A DNA stretch of 64,000 nt. It comes from Candidatus Bathyarchaeota archaeon (lineage in GTDB: Archaea; Thermoproteota; Bathyarchaeia; Bathyarchaeales; Bathycorpusculaceae). A model generated the notes under the pieces. That model had not been told where the DNA came from, did not search any database, and saw only the letters and a list, made by a program, of their open reading frames with translations. The position numbers and the translations under genes are program-made. Shown here piece after piece: positions 19,751 to 29,333 of the stretch (the first letter of the stretch is position 1; each line of letters starts with the position of its first letter). Where the stretch lies: assembly GCA_963702095.1 (NCBI GenBank), contig OY969706.1, forward strand, positions 960,001-1,024,000, read 5' to 3'.

Positions 19751-21097
19751 ATGCGGAAGACCATATTCAAAAAGCTTGAAGCTCAGGGACTAATCGCTAA
19801 CTACAACCGCCTACGTAAAAACTTGCCGCCGAAACTTCCCGACCGCGTCTTCATCTGGGATGAAACCTTCCGGGAGGGCCTCAAAGCACCCACCGTTTAC
19901 TTAACTTACGTAGAGCAGGTTAGACTTGCCAAATTGATGGATGAGGCAGGCGTCTCAGTTATCAACGTTGGTTTTCCCGCTATTTCTGAGGATGAAAAAC
20001 GCACTGTCAAACGCATCGTCAACGAAACCTTCACTAATGCGAAATTAACCGCTTCAGCTGAAGCCACAAAAAACAGTGTAAACGCCTGCTTGGAATGCGG
20101 CATAAAGGAAATTACCGTTGAATCCCCAATCAACGGCTTAAACCTTCAATACAAACTCAAATTAACCAAAGAGCAAGCTCTCCAACGCATAGTTGAATGC
20201 ATAGACCACGCCAAAAAACACGGCGCCAACGTGAACTTTACCCTCATGGATGCCACCCGAACGTCGCTAGAGGATATTCTGCAGGTTTTTGAGGCAGCCA
20301 CAGGTGCAGGTGCAACCCGTTTAGCCCTCGCCGACAGCGTCGGTTTCATCCGTCCCCTCTCTATGCGTTACTTGATTTCGCACGTACGCGATGGGTTGCC
20401 TGATGCAATCAGAAAGAAGATACCGCTTGCAGTCCACTGTCACAACGACTTCGGCTTAGGCTCCGCCAACACCCTCGCCGCCATGGAAGAAGGCGTAAGT
20501 TTCCTCCACACCTGTATCGCTGGCTTCGGCGAACGCGCAGGCTTAGCGCCGTTTGAAGAAGTTGTGACCACAACGGAGTTGCTCTATAACATCGACACAG
20601 GCATAGACTTGGGCAAAATCTACCGTATAGCCCAATCAGCAGAGAAAGCCTTTGCCATGCCTATCCAATTCCATAAGCCCATCATCGGCGAAAACATCTT
20701 CACCCACGAGGTTGAAGAAGAAGTCGAAGAAATGATGTCCCAACCCTTGGTGTTTGAGCCGTTCCCGCCTGAGATCGTGGGCAGAGAAACCATGATTTTT
20801 ATCGGCAGAAACACCGGGCAAACCCTCATCCAGAAGCTGCTGGAGAAAGCCGGTATCCGTGCTTCACCCCGCCAAATGGACGAATTGTTCCGCCGCATAA
20901 AGGGCCCACAGGAGAGCCTTGACAAGGGCGAGGCACAAATGACCTATTACCAGGTTAAGAAGCTAATGAAGGACCTTCTTAAGGGCTACACGATGGATGA
21001 GTTCTGGCACCTCGTAGAGCAAGTGACGCGTCAGCGCCCGAAGCTGACTAAACCTAACAAGAAGGGGCCTACGCAAACCGCGGATCAACTACTCTAA
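19751..21097 (+). CDS. DRE-TIM (homocitrate/isopropylmalate synthase-like) protein with divergent active site
   Basis: DETFREG, GFPAIS, LADSVG, HCHNDFG, GFGERAG and KPIIGENIFTHE motifs. Confidence 0.8.
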   Translation: MRKTIFKKLEAQGLIANYNRLRKNLPPKLPDRVFIWDETFREGLKAPTVYLTYVEQVRLAKLMDEAGVSVINVGFPAISEDEKRTVKRIVNETFTNAKLTASAEATKNSVNACLECGIKEITVESPINGLNLQYKLKLTKEQALQRIVECIDHAKKHGANVNFTLMDATRTSLEDILQVFEAATGAGATRLALADSVGFIRPLSMRYLISHVRDGLPDAIRKKIPLAVHCHNDFGLGSANTLAAMEEGVSFLHTCIAGFGERAGLAPFEEVVTTTELLYNIDTGIDLGKIYRIAQSAEKAFAMPIQFHKPIIGENIFTHEVEEEVEEMMSQPLVFEPFPPEIVGRETMIFIGRNTGQTLIQKLLEKAGIRASPRQMDELFRRIKGPQESLDKGEAQMTYYQVKKLMKDLLKGYTMDEFWHLVEQVTRQRPKLTKPNKKGPTQTADQLL

Positions 21098-22006
21098 ATC
21101 CGCTTTTATCTTCTCTATCTCTTTTCTGGTTGGAGCATAGGGGTAGTTGTAGATGGGTCCACTGGGTTTTTCGTTGTAGAAGGGTCGATTGCAGCTGGGG
21201 CACCCTGAAGTCCTAAACGGCAAACCACTGTCCACCGCAACTTCCAACTGCTCCCTTGGCAATCCATAATCGGCGATTCTGCCGTTTTCATAACGGATTT
21301 TTTCGGCTCTTGATTTGCCCGTAACAATCAAGTACCTTGCAAGCTGCAGACGCCTATACGATTGCACCTTGGGCGGCAAACAACCCCCAAACGCAGTACC
21401 CCTCACAGGTGTAAAGGCGAACAACGCGGGCAAAATCCCCAAATCTACCACCCTCTGAACTGCCTCTGCCACTTCTTCCTCGGATTCACCCAATCCAACA
21501 ATCAAATGTGTGCTAACGTTGCCATGCCCAAAAACCGACAGTGCCTCACCCAACATGCGGAACTGGCTATCCCAGCGGTAGCAGCCTCCTACGTCAGCGC
21601 CTTTTATCCTGTTAAACACGGCTTCAGTTGCCCCATCCAATGCAATCCCCAACCGCTCTACCCCCGCCTCTTTTAGCCGCAGGATGTTTTCTCTGTTCTG
21701 AGGCTGGCAGGAAACCGAAACCGCCACAGCCGAGCCCCGTTTGATTTCTTCTACCAGTGCTTCGAGGTGGTTGAAGACTTCGGGGTAGTTGAGGGCTTGG
21801 ATGCAGACTCGGCGAATCCTTTTTGCCTCTGCCGCTTCTGCAAATGCCTCTAACGCTGCTTTTGTGGGGAAGGTGGGCCATGTGACGCGGGAGAGCATCT
21901 GGGTGCTGCTTTTGCTTTCCCGTGCTTGGGAGCAGAATCCACAGTTCGCAGTGCATTTGTCCATGCGGTAGGTCATGAGGTAAGCGGTTGTGGGTGCCGC
22001 ATCCAA
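21089..22006 (-). CDS. lipS2: radical SAM protein, LipS2-type archaeal lipoyl synthase component (homology continues upstream to ~22055)
   Basis: CTANCGFC radical SAM motif, LSRVTWP, and C-terminal TSGCPSCNRP matching the LipS2 TxGCPxC(N/D)RP signature. Confidence 0.7.
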   Translation of the reverse strand: MDAAPTTAYLMTYRMDKCTANCGFCSQARESKSSTQMLSRVTWPTFPTKAALEAFAEAAEAKRIRRVCIQALNYPEVFNHLEALVEEIKRGSAVAVSVSCQPQNRENILRLKEAGVERLGIALDGATEAVFNRIKGADVGGCYRWDSQFRMLGEALSVFGHGNVSTHLIVGLGESEEEVAEAVQRVVDLGILPALFAFTPVRGTAFGGCLPPKVQSYRRLQLARYLIVTGKSRAEKIRYENGRIADYGLPREQLEVAVDSGLPFRTSGCPSCNRPFYNEKPSGPIYNYPYAPTRKEIEKIKADLE

Positions 22007-22184
22007 TTTACCCTCCAGCAGTCCAAGTACGATGGCGGTGCCTAATGAAACGCGGATTTGCTGGGGAAATTCCCGACTTGTCTGTTTTTGATTCGTTGTT
22101 TTACGTCCAGTGACTTTTACAGTAAACGCCGATTATTTAAAGAATCGACGCGTTTTACCCACGCAGAGGATTGGCATAGTGCTT

Positions 22185-22211
22185 GTTCCATAACTGGAAC
22201 AATATGTTCCA
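22185..22211 (+). promoter_or_regulatory. three-half-site operator, copy 3
   Basis: GTTCC-ATAAC-TGGAAC-AATAT-GTTCCA, followed by GAGAGTAATATT; 51 nt before ATG 22263. Confidence 0.7.
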
Positions 22212-22262
22212 ACGGGAGAGTAATATTTCCCCATAGCCTGATATGTGTGGTGGCTTCAGCGT

Positions 22263-23501
22263 ATGCAGGGCAAAAAGCACCGAGAATCAAAGGCGGCTTT
22301 TTTGGCGGTTACTTTAGCCTTGCTTCTTGCCTTCTCACCCCTGCCGTTTGCCGCTTCGGAAAATCAGAATTCATACGTGTTATCTGCGCCTGTTCAGTTG
22401 CAAGACAATTTGCCGGGCGTCGTGGGTTACTGCGTCTACCAACTCGACGATGGAAGCTTGGTGTTAAACAGTATTAACCAGTCATGTACCTTCTTGACAA
22501 AACTTGACGCATCCTACCATCTGGTTTGGACACGCACTTTTCAAATCGATGGGCGTGACACGGCGTTGCCTCGGCTGGTGGTTACCCGTGACGGCGGCTT
22601 CCTCTTAGCCGGGCTCGTCAACAACTACTATGTTTTAGTGAAAACCGATTCAGAGGGAACCCTGCAGTGGACTCAGTCTTATAGTTCAGGAGCGTCCGTG
22701 AATCATTTTATGGCGGTTATTGAAGTTAAAGAGGGCGGCTTTGCCATAGCAGGTTTTTGTGTTCCAGTCGAGGACGGGTTAGGCTGGATTTGGTTCGCAA
22801 GAGTTGACCCTTCGAGCAACATGTTGTGGAGCGAGAACATTTCTGGGCCAATTCACAATTGTCCCTCAACCATCATAGAAACCAACGAAGGCTACATGGT
22901 GTCCGCTGTGAGCTACTCATTTGTGCCTGACCAAGCGCTCTACGAGTTAATCCGGCTGGACGCAGATGGAGTAGTGCTTGGAAACACTACTTACGGCGGA
23001 ACAGGCTTCTACTACCAGACAGAATGCAACGGAGCCATAGCCACAAGCGACGGAGGCTACTTGATGGTGGGGTATCTTTGGCGTAAACCCGCTTGGGTTG
23101 TCAAAGTGGCTGCAGAGGGCAATATGGAGTGGAACCAAACGTACGGTGAAAACGGTTACTCCATTACAGGTGCTCTCCAAACGGAGTGTGGGTATCTGCT
23201 TCTTGAATTTCTAAGCGCCCAATGCAACCGGCGTCATAATGACCGACAAACTGGGCAATACGGTTTGGAACACGACTTTTTCGGATGTCACCTTGCCGGT
23301 TGGGTTAGAAGCAAACTTTAACTCCATCATAAAAGCCAAAGAAGACGGCTACATAATCTTAGCGTCGAAGAATCATGAGACGTGGCTTGCAAAACTCGAA
23401 AACTCCCTGGCCCGTCACAGCCTCAATTGTTGCTATTGGTTGCTGCAGTGGTAGTTTTTACTGTTGCCATTTTGGTTGTGGTTTGGCGGAGAAAAAAGTA
23501 A
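22263..23501 (+). CDS. secreted beta-propeller repeat protein with C-terminal TM anchor; frameshifts at ~23220 and ~23405
   Basis: signal peptide; TRDGGF/TSDGGY...VKTDSEG..W repeats; the shifted frames give MTDKLGNTVW and LLLLVAAVVVFTVAILVVVWRRKK*. Confidence 0.75.
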
Positions 23502-23508
23502 GCGGTCC

Positions 23509-24012
23509 TTAGGGCGCTTTTTTTGCTAAGCTCCAGATGCGGCTTGCAAGCGAGAGTATAATGAACACTAAAAACGCGTATTGCACGAAATCAAAGATTG
23601 GTTGAATTTGAAAAAAAAGCGTTAGGGCGATGCCTATGTAGAGGGCGCTTCCTATGTATTTGCCGACGGGGTCGTAGAGTTTTTTGGCGTAGACGCTTGT
23701 GATAACAAATTGAACGAACGAAATGGCAATTAAAATTACCAGCCATATGGGATAAAAACCTTCGAAGGTAAAGAAGGCGAATATGCCTCCGGTTAAAACG
23801 AAGTCTGTTGTGGCGTCGTAGTAGGCGCCGAACTTGGAGGTTGCGTTGAGTTTTCGGGCGAAGTAGCCGTCGAAATAGTCGGTTGTTGCGCAAAAAGCCA
23901 GCAAGAAAAGACAAGCCCATATGTTTCCAAGGTTAAATAGGTGGATGAAGAGCGGCAAAGCTGCAATCCTAAGTGAACTTATGACTGTTGGGATGGCGCT
24001 TTGTTTTTTCAT
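23509..24012 (-). CDS. CDP-alcohol phosphatidyltransferase family protein
   Basis: DYFDGYFARKLNATSKFGAYYDATTD signature. Confidence 0.9.
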   Translation of the reverse strand: MKKQSAIPTVISSLRIAALPLFIHLFNLGNIWACLFLLAFCATTDYFDGYFARKLNATSKFGAYYDATTDFVLTGGIFAFFTFEGFYPIWLVILIAISFVQFVITSVYAKKLYDPVGKYIGSALYIGIALTLFFQIQPIFDFVQYAFLVFIILSLASRIWSLAKKAP

Positions 24013-24097
24013 GGCTCCACTTTGAAGGTTATGCGGTGGACCCTTTCAATATTAACTGTCTCTATTTAAAAAATCGGTGACTCACCCTTGGAGGCAG

Positions 24098-25468
24098 TTA
24101 CCGCATTTTTTTAAAAGCCCAATCTGTAATGGTTTCAAAAGGTTGACCTATAACCTTGTAACCTGTGTTTCCAAGGTATTTTCGGGTGTAAAACTGCGCT
24201 TGCGCTTTCCCAATCGCAAACTTGAGTTTTCCCTCACTAAACCCCGAAGCATACAACAGCTTATGGCGGATTAAATGGTAGTTTTTGGGTTCCTCCCAAT
24301 CCTCAATCGACACACCATCCCCCTTCACCCGCTCATAGAGGGGCGTGCCGGGAATCGGGTAGGGCATGGTGAAAGAGAGGTAGTCAAGCGGCAAAGCCGA
24401 AGCGAAGCGGGTGGTGTCAAGGACGGTTTGGTCGGTTTCGCCCGGGTACCCCACGATGAAGAAGGCGCCGACTTTTAGCCCCGCCGCTTTTGCCACGTGG
24501 ACGGCGTGTTGGGCTTGAGCAGTGGTTATGTGCTTGTTCATAATGCCCAGCACTGAGTCGTTGCCTGATTCGATGCCGAAGAACACGCGTATGCACCCCG
24601 CCTGCTTCATTGCCTCCGCCACCTCCGCATCCATGGTGTCTACCCTTGAGAGGCACTCCCAACCGATTTTAACGTCCCGCCGCACCATTTCTTCGCAGAC
24701 GCCTATGAGGTGCCTGCTGTTTAGGGTGAAGCAGTCGTCGGCAAACCAAACCCGCTCATAACCCAACCCGGCAATCTCCTCCACCTCATCCACAATGTTG
24801 CCCACCGACCTTACCCGCGTGTCTGAGCCGAAGATGGGGCGGCTGCAGAAGTCGCAGCTAAACGGGCAACCCCTCGACGTAATCATTGAGGTGGTCGTGT
24901 AGCCGAATTGTTTTTTGTAGTATTTTTTGTAGGTTTCGTTGTCGAAGAGTTGGCGGGTGGGGAAAGATAGGCTATCCAAATCTTTGGCAAAACCTTGGGG
25001 TTCAGTGGTGACTGTGCGGTCGCCTTCCTTGTAAGCAATGCCCCTTACCGTATCGAGCGGTTTTCCTTGGGCAACACACTCGACTAGTTTTGTCACGGTC
25101 TGTTCGCCTTCCCCGATTGCCACCACATCAAAAGTCCCCAAAAAACCCTGAGGCGACCAAGACGGCAAAGGACCCCCAACAACCAGCAAGCAATTGGGCA
25201 CCTGTTTTCGGATGGCTTGGGCGAGTTCTAGGGCGGTTTTCTTCATCGAGAACATGCAGTAGAATCCCACAACCTGCGGTTGCACCTCTGCCACCCGTTT
25301 GACGGCGTCCGCTCGCTTAAGGAAAGTGCAGTCGACCAATTCGGCTTTGTCGCCGTGTCTCTGAAGTGCAGCTGCAATGTATCCTAAGCCTAAGGGTGGA
25401 AAACGGAAGATGGAATTGTCGTTTGCTGGGTGAAAAAACGGGTAAACCAATGCAACCTGAACTGTCAA
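24098..25468 (-). CDS. cobalamin-binding radical SAM protein (class B methyltransferase-like)
   Basis: PPLGLGYIAA, VVGGPLPS and GEGE B12-binding domain; TSRGCPFSCDFC; GIESG. Confidence 0.9.
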   Translation of the reverse strand: MTVQVALVYPFFHPANDNSIFRFPPLGLGYIAAALQRHGDKAELVDCTFLKRADAVKRVAEVQPQVVGFYCMFSMKKTALELAQAIRKQVPNCLLVVGGPLPSWSPQGFLGTFDVVAIGEGEQTVTKLVECVAQGKPLDTVRGIAYKEGDRTVTTEPQGFAKDLDSLSFPTRQLFDNETYKKYYKKQFGYTTTSMITSRGCPFSCDFCSRPIFGSDTRVRSVGNIVDEVEEIAGLGYERVWFADDCFTLNSRHLIGVCEEMVRRDVKIGWECLSRVDTMDAEVAEAMKQAGCIRVFFGIESGNDSVLGIMNKHITTAQAQHAVHVAKAAGLKVGAFFIVGYPGETDQTVLDTTRFASALPLDYLSFTMPYPIPGTPLYERVKGDGVSIEDWEEPKNYHLIRHKLLYASGFSEGKLKFAIGKAQAQFYTRKYLGNTGYKVIGQPFETITDWAFKKMR

Positions 25469-25560
25469 AAAAGGATCCTCAGAAGAATTCGCTATGAAAA
25501 CTACTCGCTTGATACCTTAAAAACTATTGGATTTCCTAAAAAATGGAAAAAGGAGTTAGG

Positions 25561-26343
25561 TTAAATGGTGGCGGGTGGCTGAGGGGGCGGTTGGGGTGGG
25601 TTTTCACATAGGATGTTGTTTTTGCTCCACAGCCAGTCGGTTTTTAACAGCACATGAAGCAGTGGGACCGCGATTATTGTGATTATTATGGCTTGTATGA
25701 GTCTTATTGCTGGGTAGATGAATGGAGATGCGAGGAACGCGAATTGGACGTCGATCATTTGCATGCCGTAGATTCCATTGTAGACTGTGGGCAGTGCAAA
25801 GGCGAAGGATCCCCAGACGTTGTCTGCTTGATTGCCGATGAATGCTATTATGAAGATTGCGGCGGCGCCTAATCCGACTGTGAGTCTTTTTCGGAAGAGT
25901 ATGAGTGGGGCTATGAGTGCGACTGCGATGATTTTGTCCCATAGTACCCAAATTGCGACTTGGGCGCTGTTAAAATTGTAGACTGGCGGCGTGAAGACAA
26001 ATGCGACCATTATTACGATGAACGGTATTACTGCTAATTTCCATTTCTTGTAGAATAGTGCGCCGGAAACGAATGCGTTTAGTGGTGGCGATAGGAGGAA
26101 TGGCAGGCTAGTCGGATAGCCACCAAGAAGCGCCCACGCGGCTACTGCACCTATGAGCGCCGCTGCAGTTCCAAGGTACGGTCCCAGTATTATGCCTAAT
26201 AGTGTTGCAATTAATGCGCCTAGGCTGATTGTTAAGCCACCTATACCCATTGGGATGCTGAATGGTATGGCGACGTTGATTGCTACGTATAATGCTGCGA
26301 ATACTGCTGCCAGGGCTACATGCTTGGATGTTATCTTGTTCAT
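25561..26343 (-). CDS. ECF-type transporter S-component-like membrane protein
   Basis: AAVFAALY...GIILGPYLG motif and multiple TM helices. Confidence 0.65.
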   Translation of the reverse strand: MNKITSKHVALAAVFAALYVAINVAIPFSIPMGIGGLTISLGALIATLLGIILGPYLGTAAALIGAVAAWALLGGYPTSLPFLLSPPLNAFVSGALFYKKWKLAVIPFIVIMVAFVFTPPVYNFNSAQVAIWVLWDKIIAVALIAPLILFRKRLTVGLGAAAIFIIAFIGNQADNVWGSFAFALPTVYNGIYGMQMIDVQFAFLASPFIYPAIRLIQAIIITIIAVPLLHVLLKTDWLWSKNNILCENPPQPPPQPPATI

Positions 26344-26490
26344 TGCTACTTAATGCTCCCATGTATTAATTTTCATCGTTATGTATTTTTTTACATAGCA
26401 TCAACCTATAAAAGATTTCCCCCACCAAATTTTACACAGGCAACCACTAAATAACACACCACAAATAACATCACACCAGAAGGCCCAACC

Positions 26491-28037
26491 ATGAAAGCAC
26501 TCCTAATCACCGGAACCCTCGCCCAGCAAACCATCAAACAATACGCCAAACAAAGCATCACCCCCACAGAAGTCCTCGCCCTAAACGTCCAAGTCGCCGC
26601 TTTTTTAACCCCCCAAACCATCATCCAAGCCCTAAAAAAAACACCCCCAAAAAACATCGACATCATCCTCACACCCGGACAAATGCTCGGCGACACAAAA
26701 ACCATCACCGAAGCAGTCGGCGTCCCCGCGTTCAAGGGGCCCGTTACGCTGCAGACCTCCCATTAATCCTCGACTGCCTAGGGGAAGTGCAGCTTTCAAC
26801 TACTGAGCCCGCCTGCGATTTACTGCGTGAAAAGCTTCAGAAGAGGGCTTTGGCTGAACTTGACAGGGTAGAGCGGAATCGCGCAGCATTGCTAAAGAAG
26901 CCGGGGCACCTGCAAATCGGCGATTTAGCCGTCGGCAAAGCCTTCCCCATGCGGGTCCTCGCCGAAATCGTCGATGCACCCTTGTTGGAATCGGCTGAAA
27001 TCCAGCGCTTAGCCAAACGTTATGCAGCGGGGGGTGCAAACATCATCGACATCGGCATGACGGCGGGCCAAACAAGACCCAAAGATGCCCAACGCGCGGT
27101 TGCAGCCGCCAAATCCGCAGTGAACTTGCCCATAAGCATCGACACCCTCAACCCCGCAGAAATCAAAGCGGCAGTCCAAGCCGGAGCTGACCTGATTTTA
27201 AGCGCCGACGCAGGCAACCTCCAAGCAATCGCGCCCTTTGCAAAAAACACCCCCATCGTCGTTATCCCAACTAACCAGCAAAGAGGAATCTTTCCACAAA
27301 AACCAGCCGCACGCGTAAGGCTGCTGGAGCGCTTGATTGGGCAGGCTAAACAGCTTGGCTTCACAAAAATCATCGGCGACCTAATCCTTGAACCCACGCA
27401 CATCGTCGACTCCTACGTGGCTTTCCGGGAGTTTAACCGCAGAAACCCCGAAGTGCCCCTACTCATCGGCATAGCCAACGTGGTGGAGTTGTTCGACGCG
27501 GACTCCGTGGGCTTGAACGCGCTATTGGCTAGGCTGTCCTCTGAGGTTAACGCGGATGTTTTGTTGACTACTGAGAAGACGCCTAAAGCAAGGGGTAGCG
27601 TGGGCGAGGTGGCGGCTGCGTCGAAGATGATGTTTTTGGCTAAGAAGCGGGATTCGGTGCCGCGGGATTTGGGGTTAGACCTGCTTGTGCTCAAGGATAA
27701 GGTTGAACGGGAGATTCCCTGTAGTTTGGGCTGCGCCAAAGTGGTTGAAGCCCAACAGGCTTTGCAGGCGGTTGCCATAGACCCCTGCGGCGTCTTCCGC
27801 ATACTGGTGGACCGAGAGGGCAACGCCATAGTAGCCCTGCATCGTCTATCCAGCGAGGCTAAGGAGCCCTCCGTTGCAGTTAGGGGTTCAAGCGCAGAGG
27901 CTGTAATGGCTGAGGTTCTGAAGCGAAAGCTGGTTTCAAGTTTAAATCATGCGGCTTATTTGGGTGCCGAGTTGGCAAAAGCCGAAGGGGCATTGCGCAG
28001 TGGGAAGGATTACGTGCAGGATAAACCCCTTTTCTAA
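26491..28037 (+). CDS. dihydropteroate synthase-like protein (archaeal type); frameshift at ~26742
   Basis: MKALLITG.LA, FKGP[R]YAADLP across the shift, AEIVDAP, IIDIGM, ISIDTL, DADSVGLN and HAAYLGAELAKAE. Confidence 0.85.
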
Positions 28038-28055
28038 TGCAAACCAAAACCGTTC

Positions 28056-28135
28056 TTCTGCTTGTGGAAATCGCCTCAACCAGCCATCAACCCCACCCAG
28101 TTGGAGAACACAAAACACAGCCGCTCACTAAGCTC
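28056..28135 (+). repeat. dispersed intergenic repeat, 5' part
   Basis: TTCTGCTTGTGGAAATCGCCTCAACCAGCC...AGAACACAAAACAC, closely matching the copy at 19191. Confidence 0.8.
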
Positions 28136-28177
28136 ACTTAATTTTTAGTGATTGATTAAAAATAAAAAAAGAGGAAG

Positions 28178-29321
28178 TTATTTGCTTATTCGCTTCTTAA
28201 GCACCACTGCAATGACCGCAACTGAAATCAAGACAGCAGCTAAGATGGCAGCGACGTATGCAGCGGGAAACTGGCTGGAGCCAGCAACAGTTTGGTCCTC
28301 AGCGAGCGTTGGGTCAACCGAAGAGGAGGCGCTAGTGGATCTATCGGGAATGTACCCTCCGCCAGATAAAGTTACGCAAGAGATTATTTCGCCACTATCA
28401 GCCCACAACTCAACACGAATTTGACTTACAAAGCCAGGGTACAATTCGCTTAGCGGCAGATAAACTACCCAGATCGGATACAAACTTCTATCTTCACCGC
28501 GACTCTTAGAAAACGGTTCTGCACGGATGTAGTCATGTACTATTGAAAAGTTTGAGATTACTTCGCCATCCATTCGGTAAGAGAAGGTTTCCGCCCGCTT
28601 CAAAGCCAAAGCTACTGCCTGTTCTCCAGTAATATTAACCCTGGTGTCTCCAATGGTATCAAGGCTTCGGCTATCAGCAAAAGAGTCAAAATGTCCATTT
28701 TTGAAGCTTACGTTTATTCCAGGGTAATCCACGCCATAGAAAGTGGGTTTCCAATATAAGAGGGCAATGCTGCCATGTGAGGATACTTCAAGTTTTAAGT
28801 TGCCATCAATTTTAGAAGAATCCTTTGAGGTGTCTATATCGACAAGCATATCTCGCATTATAGCTATATTCTTTATCACCTGTAAATTCTTGATATCTCT
28901 CCATAAATGTAGCTGCACTATCGGTAACATTCGAGGAGGGGTTTTTGGTATAAATCGGCGACCCCGAAGTTGCATATAACTTACAGGATAATAGATTACT
29001 GCCCGCAAAATTGAAGGTACAACGTAGAAGACTGTTTTCGTGGTTCTCGAAATCTAAATAATCTAAATCATAGCGTCCAGTTGTTTGAATGTATCCAGCC
29101 TCACCGATTAAACTGATTTCAGACAAATAGGTCGTAGAAAAAGAGTTCAGATGTACTTCGTACTTCGATAAATCGAGGTCAACAATGTCACTTAAGAAAG
29201 TTAGAACTTTTTCAGGATCAGCTAGCGATTCAACTTCAGATGCACGGCAATATGAAAGCGACTCAAATAGTAATAGTGCTAAAAAGGCTATTAGAAAGGC
29301 GGTTGTTAGTTTTTTGTTCAT
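28178..29321 (-). CDS. secreted hypothetical protein with C-terminal TM anchor; frameshift at ~28866
   Basis: signal peptide in ORF 28812..29321 and TM plus KKR tail in ORF 28178..29008; one extra base joins GDKE to IAIMRDML. Confidence 0.7.
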
Positions 29322-29333
29322 TTTTTCACCGTT

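Noticed and set aside
21089-22006. Biotin synthase BioB
   Set aside because: It carries the LipS2 C-terminal TxGCPxCNRP motif and no bio genes are nearby
15991-22211. LexA/SOS (Cheo) box
   Set aside because: The Cheo box is GAAC-N4-GTTC; spacing here is N5, the targets are secreted proteins and the host is archaeal
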